The position numbers and the translations under genes were made by a program. Under the pieces are notes generated by a model. That model was not told the origin of the DNA, did not search any database, and saw only the letters and a program-made list of their open reading frames with translations. DNA of 62,122 nucleotides, the filler included, from Welwitschia mirabilis (taxonomy: Eukaryota): NCBI GenBank assembly GCA_051453625.1. It is 6 parts of one record of this genome, joined end to end, with 100 filler letters (N's around TTAATTAATTAA, not from the genome) between each part and the next. Parts side by side here need not be neighbours in the genome. Positions count along the whole stretch, not along the records: positions 1 to 15,320 come from JBOZIK010000001.1; positions 15,421 to 27,430 come from JBOZIK010000001.1; 4 more parts are not named here. One strand, written 5' to 3'. Below are positions 12,915 to 24,696 of the stretch, in pieces. Position 1 is the first letter of the stretch, and each line of letters starts with the position of its first letter.

Positions 12915-13852
12915 TTCTTTCAGTGGTCGCATTCATAATCAGAAGAATCCTCACCAACGTCATACATGATTGTAAACAAGCGGATTAACTTTTATAATAT
13001 ATCATTTCTCGCATATCAATTTATGATTTCGCTTTAATGGCAATGAAGAGACTTTACGATAGCAGAAATAATAACTAAAATTTCCAGTTCGTAGTAAGAA
13101 AAGGACTGAAATCCTAACACAAGAATGCCAGAATACCGATGCAGTATTCTTTAATATTCCTCAAAATAGCCAACTCCATAACAGTAAACATTTTCATGAT
13201 AATAGCATAGGTAAGTGGAATTTTTATGCCAGACGCAACAAGATAGATAACAAAGGTTGAGGGTAAAATACAACGAAATAGCTATCGTCGTCTCAGAAAA
13301 TACAAAGCGCTTTAGAATAAAATTTTGATGAATAATAGGCAGAAGAACGAATATTTCAAGAAGAAAATAGGCAGCATGGCCATAATACTGAATAGGCGGA
13401 GAGAATTTAATCGACAGATAGACAGAAATCAGAACCACCAGATTAGGTAATCACAGGCGGTAAATAACAAATTGTGGCTGAAAATAAATACAAAAACAGG
13501 CTAAAGAGTAAAACCATAACCTCTAGATGTTAAAGCACATTAACACCTAATTACGGATGCAGATGACCCAACAAAGAAGTGAAAACCTCTGTCGACGAAA
13601 TGTCTAATATGTTCTCGAATGAAATAGTCGCGGGAAAAAAAAACGAAAAGGGGGTAGGGGGGATGGGGGACGAGATCTGATAATGCACTTAAGTAAAATT
13701 CACAAAGCTTTAAGAAAACCAAATATGTTAATGACAACACACAATCTCCAAAACAAACATAAAAGTGTGAATGCAAAATGGGTCAAAGGCCTCTACATTA
13801 TCTTAAAAGTCAAAAAAAAAGTACATCACGAATAACCCAAAGTTCAAGAACA

Positions 13853-13906
13853 GGAATTGTAATTGGTTTGAGGACAAATGGAATTGTAATTGGTTTGAGG
13901 ACAAAT
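13853..13906. repeat. Perfect 27-bp tandem duplication
   Basis: GGAATTGTAATTGGTTTGAGGACAAAT occurs twice. Confidence 0.92.
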
Positions 13907-14948
13907 GGAGAGAGTTAGCTTTCTCGAAAACTGGCTCTAGGTTTGCGCCGTTTTGCTTAAGTTAATTTCGACAAAGCCTGCAAAATGTCCACCATATATT
14001 CTACTATCTATCCAAGATGAAACCTTCACACACAGAATAATTAACAAATACCTCCATGACATTCTATAAATCAAACTTTCTCATTCTAGAGATGCGACTT
14101 CAACAAGTCAAAGGTGTTGATCTCTGGCTAAGTTCAGACATGGAAGCGGAGGATTGGGACATCTTTTTATATATTTTTTAATCGTTTTTCTCATCCATTC
14201 CTCTCACATCCCGATTCAAGTGTCTTTGCCATTTCTCTGAATTTCTCCTCCATTTCATCACATGATCCACAAGCCTCCTGGATAATCCTCCTTACAACAT
14301 TTGTGCCGCATGCAAGGGCTTTGCATGCCGCCAAATCGCCAATCTAAAAAGTCAGGAAGAAATTGAAAACCCCAAGGCTACTTCACCTTGGCTACAACAA
14401 TCCTTTATAAAATATTATTATTCTCATGTATTCCATATTTTAACTTACTTTATACTTTACCATAATCTTTATATATATACTCATCACAGTTCTTATCATC
14501 ATAACTATATATATTATTTACTACTAAACATATTGTCTGTTATATAGTTATTATTCATTGTATTATACTTTTATATGCTTACTAGTCATATTCACATATT
14601 TTGTTTCCTATCACGTTTAGTATCACATTTTTTTTATAGTTCTTTTACTTCTATATCACTTTCAGTATTACATTCTTTTTTATAGTTCTTTTACGAATTT
14701 TAGCTTTATTGTATTCACCATTTATAATCTTTATATTTATTCATTTACAACATAACACATAACTTTAAAGAGATCACAGTGTCATTGCATAACTCATGGG
14801 GCGCTATAATAAACCTACCTCTTTTTCAAGACTGACAAGGGCTTTGTAAAAGGTCTCAAGCTTGAAATTATCTCTGTGCATAATATAGTACAAAGAAAAT
14901 GAACAAAAGTGGTCTAAAAAGCCTAATCAAACTTCTCATTCAATAAGT

Positions 14949-15320
14949 TGTTGGATATGCAATCCCCATGCTCAGCCTGATAAGTAGGTAATTATAAAGG
15001 GTCCCAATTTCCACCTAAGTCATGACTTTTGGTCTGATGGTAAAGGACCCAACAATTCGTATCAGAGTCATGGCTGTTGGTTGGTCTCGGGTTTGAATCT
15101 CCTTGGTGGCTTCCCGGTTCATGTGAGCACTTGGCATGTAGATCGAGGGGCAGATTGTTAGGTATGTGGTCGCCATGCCTAGCCTGACAAGTAGGTAATT
15201 ATAAAAGGTTCCAGTTTCCACCTAAGTCATGTCTTTTGGTGTGATGATAAAAGGCCCAACAATTAGTATCAGAGCCATGGCTCTTGGCTAGTCTCGGGTT
15301 TGAGGCTCCCTGATGGCCTC
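14949..15320 (+). mobile_element. Tandem-array TRIM (terminal-repeat retrotransposon in miniature) with a 207-bp period
   Basis: 106-bp LTRs (TG...CCCAACA) lie at 14949-15054 and 15156-15261. An iMet-type PBS follows both LTRs (15057-15068 and 15264-15275). The PPT GAGGGGCAGAT precedes 15156. The second internal domain runs into the gap at 15321. Confidence 0.88.
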
Positions 15321-15420
15321 NNNNNNNNNNNNNNNNNNNNNNNNNNNNNNNNNNNNNNNNNNNNTTAATTAATTAANNNNNNNNNNNNNNNNNNNNNNNN
15401 NNNNNNNNNNNNNNNNNNNN
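15321..15420. other. Artificial assembly spacer: 44 N + TTAATTAATTAA + 44 N
   Basis: The identical 100-bp construct recurs at 27431-27530, 42924-43023, 48918-49017 and 59676-59775. The 12-mer gives stops in all six frames. Confidence 0.95.
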
Positions 15421-15779
15421 TAATTCAAGATCAACCAGTGAAATCATTATAATAAATTATTTAGGAAAATAAACAAAAGCTATAATGATTAGTTCAAATA
15501 GAAGAAGCTCAAACTCATTCTACTCTTTGACTAAACATTCAATCATAATCGTATGCCTCTAAAGTAGAGAAAGAATACCATTACCTCTCTTCGTTAATCA
15601 AAAACTCTGAGCCTTATAAATAATATTTAAAAATAAGAATCTACTTCAAACCAAGTAGACATTTAAAAAAAACAATAAAGATCATAAAGTCATATAATTT
15701 CAATCTAATGAAATTTCATCTACTTCTTAAAAGACCATCATCACTAAACTACCTTACATTTTGGTAAACATAAGACCTA

Positions 15780-16138
15780 CTAAAGTAGCTATGGCCTTTA
15801 TTAATCATGGGATTGAATTAAACATTATTAGATAATCATGTTTAGATAAGATTAATTTATAAAATCTACTAGATTCAAAGACGAGTATAACAATTAAAGA
15901 TTTCAATGATCGTGAAGATAAATCTAAGGGAACAAACACCTTACTAGTTGAGGTGGCTCAAAAAGTTAGAGATACAGAATTCCATGTGATTAACAATGTG
16001 GTCGTATTCAATTTACTTCTAGATCATCCTTGGATCATGAATACAGGGGCAATTATATCATTACCTTACCAAAAGCTCAAATTTATTGGATTAAAGATCT
16101 TAGTGCCACTAAACAAAAATCATACAGTGGCAAATGTC
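15780..16138 (+). pseudogene. Ogre/Tat-type aspartic protease remnant
   Basis: AFINHGIELNI is a decayed active-site region. FNLLLDHPWIMNTGAIISLPYQKLKF matches the Ogre/Tat pattern YNLLLGRPWIH..GA..STLHQKLKF. Confidence 0.75.
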
Positions 16139-16239
16139 NNNNNNNNNNNNNNNNNNNNNNNNNNNNNNNNNNNNNNNNNNNNNNNNNNNNNNNNNNNNNN
16201 NNNNNNNNNNNNNNNNNNNNNNNNNNNNNNNNNNNNNNC

Positions 16240-19200
16240 ATTTATTTTCAATGTGAAATTTCATTAATCTAGTTCAAGTGTCTATAATGCAATGGGAGGT
16301 TGCACAGAAAGCTCTACCTAGAAGTAGGGTTATCCATTTTGATGCTCAACCTCTAAAACAACTACATCTATGAGGTAGAAGGCTTCCTTGATCTAAATGA
16401 TCAAGTCCTTTATCATACCTAAGGGTTTTTTGATAGATGAATCAACTAATTCTAGCACAATTTCTGTAGGTTCTATTCTCTCTTCCAATCCTAAACGTTT
16501 ACANNNNNNNNNNACACTAGCTCCTATATCTATAAAGGCTTTCTTAATTTTTCAGTTCCCCTCTAATGTGATACTAACAGTTGTTGCCCCCAGATATTTA
16601 AAGTTTAGACACTTTTTAGAAATTAAATTGCTAATAGATTGAGCTAGAAAGACTTTACTAGGGATAGCTCATTTTTTTTTCTTCTTATTAGGTCTTTCCA
16701 TAGCTTAGAGTATTTGATATTTTCTTGCAAAATTTTCTAGAAAGGTAAATTAATTCTTATGTTCTATATTAAGGCTTTCAAGTGATCATCAAAGACAGGG
16801 TTTTTCTTAAGCCTATTAAGCCATGGGATAGCAGGTTTCTTTTTTATAAGGACTTTCTCTTTTTATTGCTAAGTGAAGAAGGGAAGGAATGATTTTCTAA
16901 GATTTCTATGTCTNNNNNNNNNNTTCCTCAGCATTCTTGTCGTTTTGGGAAGTTGAAGCCTCATGAGTAGGGGGAGTTATGTCATTTTCACTCTTTGTTA
17001 TTACCTTACAATCTTTTCTTACTTCGTTAGGATTTGGTAAGGGCTGAGTGATAAGGGTACCTTGTGGTTTTTAGTTGGCAAGCATGGTTTGTTGTAATAT
17101 GTTTACAAGATTTTCTATGTTTGTGTTTATATTTTCTTTGGTTTTTCTCAACTCCTCAATAGAATTCCTAAGAGGATCACTATAGTTTTGGGAGTTGCAA
17201 GGGCCTGCCATGTTATTTGATAGTTGGATTGAAAGTTTTAATGTTCAAATCTATTTCGGTAAGGTTGGGAGTTAGGATGATGTGTTTGAAAATTATTAGG
17301 TTGGTCATTTACCCTATTTTGAATGTTGTAATTTGGGACTTATCTTTGGTTATATTTTTGATTATAGCTAGAGGGTCCTTAGTTCAAAGCATGCACTTCT
17401 TCATAAATTTTCTCTTTGCATGTAGGGAATAAAAAACACTCTTTTGTAATGTGATAATTATCCTCGCATAAATCACAAGTTGAAACAACAATTTAACTTT
17501 TCTAAGTTGCCACTTTAGCATCAAGAATTATCTGGGTGTATTTCTCTAAAGTAGAAGTGAAGTCCTTAATGATGCTAGTTGGTTCATGTTCTATTTTGGT
17601 TGCAGTTTTCTCATGTTTGACTTCTTTGATATTTTTGATGATTTGGCCTACCGTTCTGTTCTCTCTAGATGAGGGTTTTGTCCAAGTTTGACTTACTTCA
17701 ACTAAATCTTCTAATATCTTTCAAGCATCTTCCAGAGTTTGGTTTAAGAGGTTTCCTCCACAAGAGAAATCTACAAGTTGCTTAGTATGACTATTTAACC
17801 CACTATAAAAATACTCTATTAATTCTAACTCAAAAAAACATCTACTGGGTTTGAGTGTAAAGCCACAAAGAATCTCTCGTAAGCAGAAGCATAGTCTTCA
17901 TTAGGAAGTTGTTGGAAGTTTTTAACTTCTTTCTTACATTTTCGAATGGTGGTTTTATTCATAAATCTTTTGATAAAGGCTTCTTGAACGTGGCTCCAAG
18001 ATTTTAGGCTCTTATAAGGGATTGTTATAAGCCAAAGTTTAGCCTTATCTTGTAATGTGATGGGAAAAATGACCATATAGGTTTTATTAGTTATGCACTT
18101 TTTACCGTTTTCAGAAGTAAGAATGAGTTGTTCAATTTCAGCGATGTGTTATAGGTAGTTTTCTTCAGGTTCTCCTCAAAAGGTAGGATAAGCATTTAGG
18201 TTTTTAAGTTCCACATCTTCACCTGGAGATAAGTTAAAAGGGTTTTGAATTTCAAGTCTTTTATTCACTATGAGATCTCTCAGAGTTGCACGAGGAGTAG
18301 GACTAATAGTTCTAATGACAGGGGTTGAATTCGGTGAGATAGGTTGTTTTTGGTGAGAGGTCAACATGGTATTAGATTTTTCAAAATTAAAATCAAACTC
18401 TTTTATAGAATTAAAATTAGAAATTTTAGGAAATTCTAAAGTTTGCATACCTCGGCTATTTTGATTTTTAATTTCAAAATTTAGCAAACCTTCTCAGATA
18501 TTTTCTACAATAAATTGCCTCTCTNNNNNNNNNNNNNNNNNNNNNNNNNNNNNNNNNNNNNNNNNNNNNNNNNNNNNNNNNNNNNNNNNNNNNNNNNNNN
18601 NNNNNNNNNNNNNNNNNNNNNNNNACTTTTTACCGTTTCCAGAAATAAGAATGAATTTTTCAATTTTAGCGATATGTTGTAGGGGGTCTTCATCAGGTTC
18701 TTCTTGAAAGATAGGATAAGCATTTAAGTTTTTAAGTTCTACATCATCGCCAGGAGGTAAGTCGAAAGGGTTTTGAATTTACGGTCTTTTATTTGCTATG
18801 AGATCTCTCAGAGTTGCACGAGGAGTAGGAGTAATAGTTCCAATTGCAAGGGTTGGATTTAGTGAGANNNNNNNNNNNNNNNNNNNNNNNNNNNNNNNNN
18901 NNNNNNNNNNNNNNNNNNNNNNNNNNNNNNNNNNNNNNNNNNNNNNNNNNNNNNNNNNNNNNNNNNNCTACATCATCGCCAGGAGGTAAGTCGAAAGGGT
19001 TTTCAATTTACGGTCTTTTATTTACTATGAGATCTCTCAGAGTTGCACGAGGAGTAGGAGTAATAGTTCCAATTGCAAGGGTTGGATTTAGTGAGATAAG
19101 TTTTTTTTGATGAGAGGTTGACATGGTATCAGATTTTTTAAAATTAAAATAAGACTATTCTACAGAATTAAAATCAGAAATTTCAGGAAATTTTAAAGTN

Positions 19201-19960
19201 NNNNNNNNNNNNNNNNNNNNNNNNNNNNNNNNNNNNNNNNNNNNNNNNNNNNNNNNNNNNNNNNNNNNNNNNNNNNNNNNNNNNNNNNNNNNNNNNNNNN
19301 NNNNNNNNNNNNNNNNNNNNNNNNNNNNNNNNNNNNNNNNNNNNNNNNNNNNNNNNNNNNNNNNNNNNNNNNNNNNNNNNNNNNNNNNNNNNNNNNNNNN
19401 NNNNNNNNNNNNNNNNNNNNNNNNNNNNNNNNNNNNNNNNNNNNNNNNNNNNNNNNNNNNNNNNNNNNNNNNNNNNNNNNNNNNNNNNNNNNNNNNNNNN
19501 NNNNNNNNNNNNNNNNNNNNNNNNNNNNNNNNNNNNNNNNNNNNNNNNNNNNNNNNNNNATGACAACTCTCGATTTCTAAGCAGCCTTCCCCAGCAACGG
19601 CGCCAATTTGTTGCGGTGCGAATTTATGTAATGTTTCACGCATTGATTTAAATCCTGTTAATTACAAATAAGATGCACAAATACAGCACACTAGTATAGT
19701 CAGAGGGTTTTGAATGTCGTAATTCCATCGAAGGCCAATAGTATGGATAATAAAGAGTTGATTTCAATAAAGAAATATGTAACCTTAATCTGCTAAATTA
19801 AACTTCAATGTATGGAACTCAAATAATGATGTAAAACTAATCTATGGAAAAAAACAGCGATGCACTTAATCTAATTAAGCTCAACCTTAATAAAGGCTGC
19901 CCTCATAATCTGGTAGATAGATCTCAATTCGACTGTAAGTTATCTATATGTGAACTCTGT
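16240..19960 (-). mobile_element. Athila-like element, 5' part (partial LTR, PBS, gag, protease), lying between the Ogre-like protease and RT
   Basis: The LTR end ...CCGCAACA is at 19609, and the PBS TGGCGCCGTTGCTGGGGA is at 19605-19588. Gag reads FPITLQDKAKLWL..SWSHVQEAFIKRF (17825-18076). The protease motif KAFIDIGASV is at about 16540. It is homologous to 49018-50250 and to the LTR near 53500-53834. Confidence 0.85.
19588..19605 (-). promoter_or_regulatory. Primer-binding site, tRNA-Asp type characteristic of Athila
   Basis: The minus strand reads TGGCGCCGTTGCTGGGGA, 3 bp from the LTR end. Confidence 0.85.
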
Positions 19961-20199
19961 TATTGCTCAACAGAAGTTATCATCCTGACTATCATGTGGA
20001 CAATGAAGTGGATGATATACTTTTCTTAATATTTAGTTAGTGTAATTGCTTTGTTGTCTACAAGAATCGTTATCTAAAATGATACTTGTCTGTATCTATA
20101 TGAAATGCTTGTGAACTATCTGATAATTTTCATCTTGTGCTCCTTGATTCTCGATTGTCATAGGAATTAAGCATTTATCTATTAGTTTATTTACAAAAC

Positions 20200-23115
20200 A
20201 ACTCAGAATACCTTATCAAATACACATAAGTTGGCATCGCAACATATGGGTTCAAAGCGAGGAATAAAAATCAATTTAGAAAAGATTAAAGCAATCGCTG
20301 GCATGCCATCATTACATAATTTGAAACAATTATGTAGTCTCCAAGGTAGACTATAAGCTATACATCAATTTATTTCAAATTTGATGGATCGATGTGAATC
20401 TTTTATGCATCTACTCAAGAAAGGTAACTAATTCAAATGGGATGAAAATTATTAACAGGCTTTTGATAAGATCTAGGAATATTTGACATCTACTTCTGTT
20501 TTAAGTTCACTTAAGCCTATCAACCCTTTTAACTTGTCTATACATCGTCATCAATTAGTGCAATGATCTTTTAATGGGATGAATTACATCGAGATAACTC
20601 AATTAACTACATCAGTAGAATCTTACACCAAAATGAGAAAAATTACACAGAACCAAAAAAGCATGTTTGAGTTTAGTCTTCACTTCATAGAAGTTTCCTA
20701 TTATATGGTGATAAATAAAATAATCATANNNNNNNNNNNNNNNNNNNNNNNNNNNNNNNNNNNNNNNNNNNNNNNNNNNNNNNNNNNNNNNNNNNNNNNN
20801 NNNNNNNNNNNNNNNNNNNNNNNNNNNNGAATTACATCGAGATAACTCAATTAACTACATCAGTAGAATCTTACATCAAAATGAGAAAAATTACACAGAA
20901 CCAAAAAAGCATGTTTGGGTTTAGTCTTCACTTCATAGAAGTTTCCCATTATATGGTGATAAATAAAATAATCATAATCAATAATCAAAATCTACTCAAA
21001 CATTTACTTGAATATTCTACTAGAAGTACTTATCTGTCAAAATGAACATCAATTCTTACTGAGTTCAACTTGGAATTTCAATCTGAANNNNNNNNNNNNN
21101 NNNNNNNNNNNNNNNNNNNNNNNNNNNNNNNNNNNNNNNNNNNNNNNNNNNNNNNNNNNNNNNNNNNNNNNNNNNNNNNNNNNNNNNAATTCTCACTGAG
21201 TTCAACTTGGAATTTCAATCTGAAAAGTCTATCAAAGGTAAATGCATAGTTGAACAAATAGCAAATCTACTAATAAAAATAGAGGGTGAAACCTTAGATG
21301 AATCTAAATAATTCCTAAATGAATAAATCCATTTCATTAAAATAAAAAAAGGCTGTGATGCATTAATGTTTTTTGTTGATGTATTAAATAGAAATGGTGG
21401 TTTTGCAGAAGTATTTTTCTTTTTGATCAAAGAAATGAGTTTACCATTTTCCTTTAAGTCGAACTTCCCTTGCACAAATAACATCACCAAATATGAAGCC
21501 TTGTCAAGAGGAATAACCATTGCCATTCAAGTTGATTTCAAGAGCTTATGCATTTTTGGTGATTCATAGTTAGTGGTTAATTAAGTGTTAGATAAATATG
21601 AAGCAAAGTCAAAAATTTTATGCCTTTACCTTGAAAAGGTAAAAGGTTTCTTTCTACATTTGATCATTGTGAGATCCTAGCCATTCTAAGAAGTGAAAAT
21701 CAATTTGCCGATTACCATACAAACATCACTTAAACTTGCTTCAAAGATCTATTATTCAAGGAATATGTCACATGTATAGATATAAATCGAAATTTTCTAG
21801 ATAAACAACTAATTATAGCTTATTTGGAATTACAACAAGATGTAGTAAACCAGTTAGTGAAGGACCCAAAAATAATCAATGGATAGTATGACACATTAGT
21901 AAATTACCTTACTAATCAAAAGATATCAGAAGATATAACTTTTATACAAAGTCAAAACTTTCATGATCAAGCTGCATGCTTCACCATGATCCAAAGCCAA
22001 CTATATAAACAATCAAATGATGATGTCTTACTCAGATGCCTAAAGTCAAGTGAAGCTACCTATGTCTTGAAAGAAACTCATGCTAGTTTATGTGGTTTAC
22101 ACCAAGGGAAAAATCATTATTAATTCATATTTTAAGATCTGGTTACTTGTGGAAAACCATGAGCCATGATCGTTTTAGAATGATAAAAGCTTATCATACT
22201 TGCCAAATCTTTTCACTCAGAATACATTAATTGCCTACTAAACTCTTTTCATCTGATTCCATTTAGATATTTAGGAAATGGGGTATGGATGTAATTGATC
22301 TAATTACACCAACTTCATCTAAACAACATGATTATGTTCTCACTATGAATAAATACTTTTCAAAGTAATACCTTTACATTAAATAACCATAAAAAAAGTC
22401 CAAAAATTCATCCTATATCACATTATTTCTAGATTCAGTAATCCTTATATCATTATTAGAAATAATGATCCATAATTCAAATATGTTGAGTTAAATTTTT
22501 TTTCAAAGTAAATTTGGAATAAAACATTCCTTTTTCACATCACGTTATCCTCAAGTAAGCGCTCAGGCTGAAGCCATAAATAAAGTAATTATAAACTACC
22601 TCAAAAAATTACTATAAAGAAATCCAAAGTCATGGCATGAAAAATTATCCCTTACCTTATGGGATTACCAAACCATGGTAAAAAGTTCCATAGGAATAAT
22701 TCCATTCTAGTTAGTTTATGTTACTGAAGTAATTTTACTAATCCAAATTCAGATTCCCACACTGAGAAATTTGGTCAAAGATCTTGAATTATCTAATGTT
22801 AAAAGAGAAACATAAATCACTCAGTTAAAAACTCTAGATGAACAAAGAATGAAAGCACTACAACATACACAACTTTATTAAAAACGAGTGAGTGACACAT
22901 ACAATAAACATGTGAACCCCTCATCTTATAACATAGGTAAACCTATTTTAAAAGTAAACTTAACTAAGAAAACCTCAAAATTTTTACCAAATTGGTTAGG
23001 ATCATTTATGGTATCATAAAAATTTAACAAAAAAACATATGAGCTTAAGGATTTAAATGACATTAAGGATAATGAACCATTTAATTCATTTTATCTTTGA
23101 CCATACTATCAGTAA
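20200..23115 (+). pseudogene. Ogre/Tat pol remnant: RT C-terminus, RNase H, additional RNase H (aRH) and integrase
   Basis: RT reads SKRGIKINLEKIKAIAGMP..LCSLQGRL..FKWDE (20235-20470). The aRH reads CTNNITKYEALSRG..LCIFGDS (21470-21569). Integrase motifs are ETHASLCGLHQG, KWGMDVID, QAEAINK and FLPNWLGSF. The region is heavily mutated. Confidence 0.87.
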
Positions 23116-24055
23116 AATCCATAATTCACATCCTTTTTGCTACATTTTCATTACACATTCTATGCATTTATTGTTACTACTTCATTTATGATAAAATGTG
23201 ATATACATTCATATAATTACTAGACATTTAGAATATCATGTTTTCATATGTTATGTAGGTTTCACATTTTCCTTATTTGCTTGAGTTTTAGAGATCATGG
23301 ATGATCATAAGCATTAGATTCTAGTAGGTTTATATCTTGGTAAATGTCCTGCACTAGTTGCACCTAGTAGACATCATCTCATTCCTTATCGAGCTTCTCT
23401 GATTGACATTCCATTTCATGAAACTCCCCTTGTAGAAGACGACAATGATGACAATAGTGTATACCATACCGATCCTTGCTATGACATCACCCATTTGTTC
23501 TCTTCTATAGTTCACACCTTTGCACAAGTAATTGTATGCTACCTTATTATGCAAAACATCAATTATTCTACTTGATAATAGTGTGTTTCACCTACTCATT
23601 CTCTTTCCTTCAATAATTAGACATGTGATTTTTAATTCCACTTTTCACTCAATCTCTCTTGAATTTTTTATTAATATTTTTTTGAATTAATTCATTTTAT
23701 TCCATTGGATGACATTTGGGTACATCTTTATAATAAGTTAACTCTTAAGTGGTGAAAGTCTTACTTTACAGAAAAGTGCATTTTAAATGACTTCATTAAT
23801 TTTTTAATTTAGATGCTAAGAAAGACTTAGTATTAATGAACAATAGCTGAGATTACATTAATGATTATCATAATAATTTTGGCATGATAGAAGTGATTGA
23901 GTAGGAAGATCCTCTTGATCAAGGAGTAAGTCTTTCCTTCATCTTTATCTAAATAACTCCTTAGTAGGGTTTCTTGGTTAAGGTCATTTCTTTATTTAAT
24001 CATCAATTTCATTTGATCCTATTCAAGTTCTCATGAAAGTAATTTTTCTACTTTG

Positions 24056-24124
24056 GGACATTTATAGTGGTAAGATTGGATTTCAGCCAATCCTAAGACA
24101 TTCATATGTCTATGACATTCAATT
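24056..24124 (+). ncRNA. Candidate structured RNA module 1 (twin hairpin) in a retrotransposon 3' UTR, copy A
   Basis: Stems are TAAGATTGG/CCAATCCTA and AGACA/TGTCT. A homologue lies at 51566-51631. Confidence 0.5.
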
Positions 24125-24696
24125 CCTAATGTTCTCTTATCTTAGTATCAATTTGTATCAAATCTAATGTTTGTTCTCAGTAGTGAATCTTACAATTTAT
24201 CATCTCAATGATCAACCAATGTTNNNNNNNNNNNNNNNNNNNNNNNNNNNNNNNNNNNNNNNNNNNNNNNNNNNNNNNNNNNNNNNNNNNNNNNNNNNNN
24301 NNNNNNNNNNNNNNNNNNNNNNNNNNNNNNNNNNNNNNNNNNNNNNNNNNNNNNNNNNNNNNNNNNNNNNNNNNNNNNNNNNNNNNNNNNNNNNNNNNNN
24401 NNNNNNNNNNNNNNNNNNNNNNNNNNNNNNNNNNNNNNNNNNNNNNNNNNNNNNNNNNNNNNNNNNNNNNNNNNNNNNNNNNNNNNNNNNNNNNNNNNNN
24501 NNNNNNNNNNNNNNNNNNNNNNNNNNNNNNNNNNNNNNNNNNNNNNNNNNNNNNNNNNNNNNNNNNNNNNNNNNNNNNNNTTACAATTTATCATCTCAAT
24601 GATCAACCAATGTTAAAAAAAAAAAAAGAAAAGAAAAAAGAGAGAATTCAAGTCAATTGGTAAAATATTAATACCATATACCAAAAGAAAAAAAAA

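Larger units (their letters stand above)
11926..14808 (-). mobile_element. Probable long LTR with Tekay-style termini, related to the solo LTR at 25612-27694
   Basis: The minus strand begins TATAGCGCCCC (compare TGTAACACTCC at 27694), preceded by purine-rich GAAAAAGAGGTAGG. Positions 14770-14808 resemble 27656-27694, and both ends lie next to an AT-rich tract. The left end (CGTGACAACC) is tentative and there is no TSD. Confidence 0.4.
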
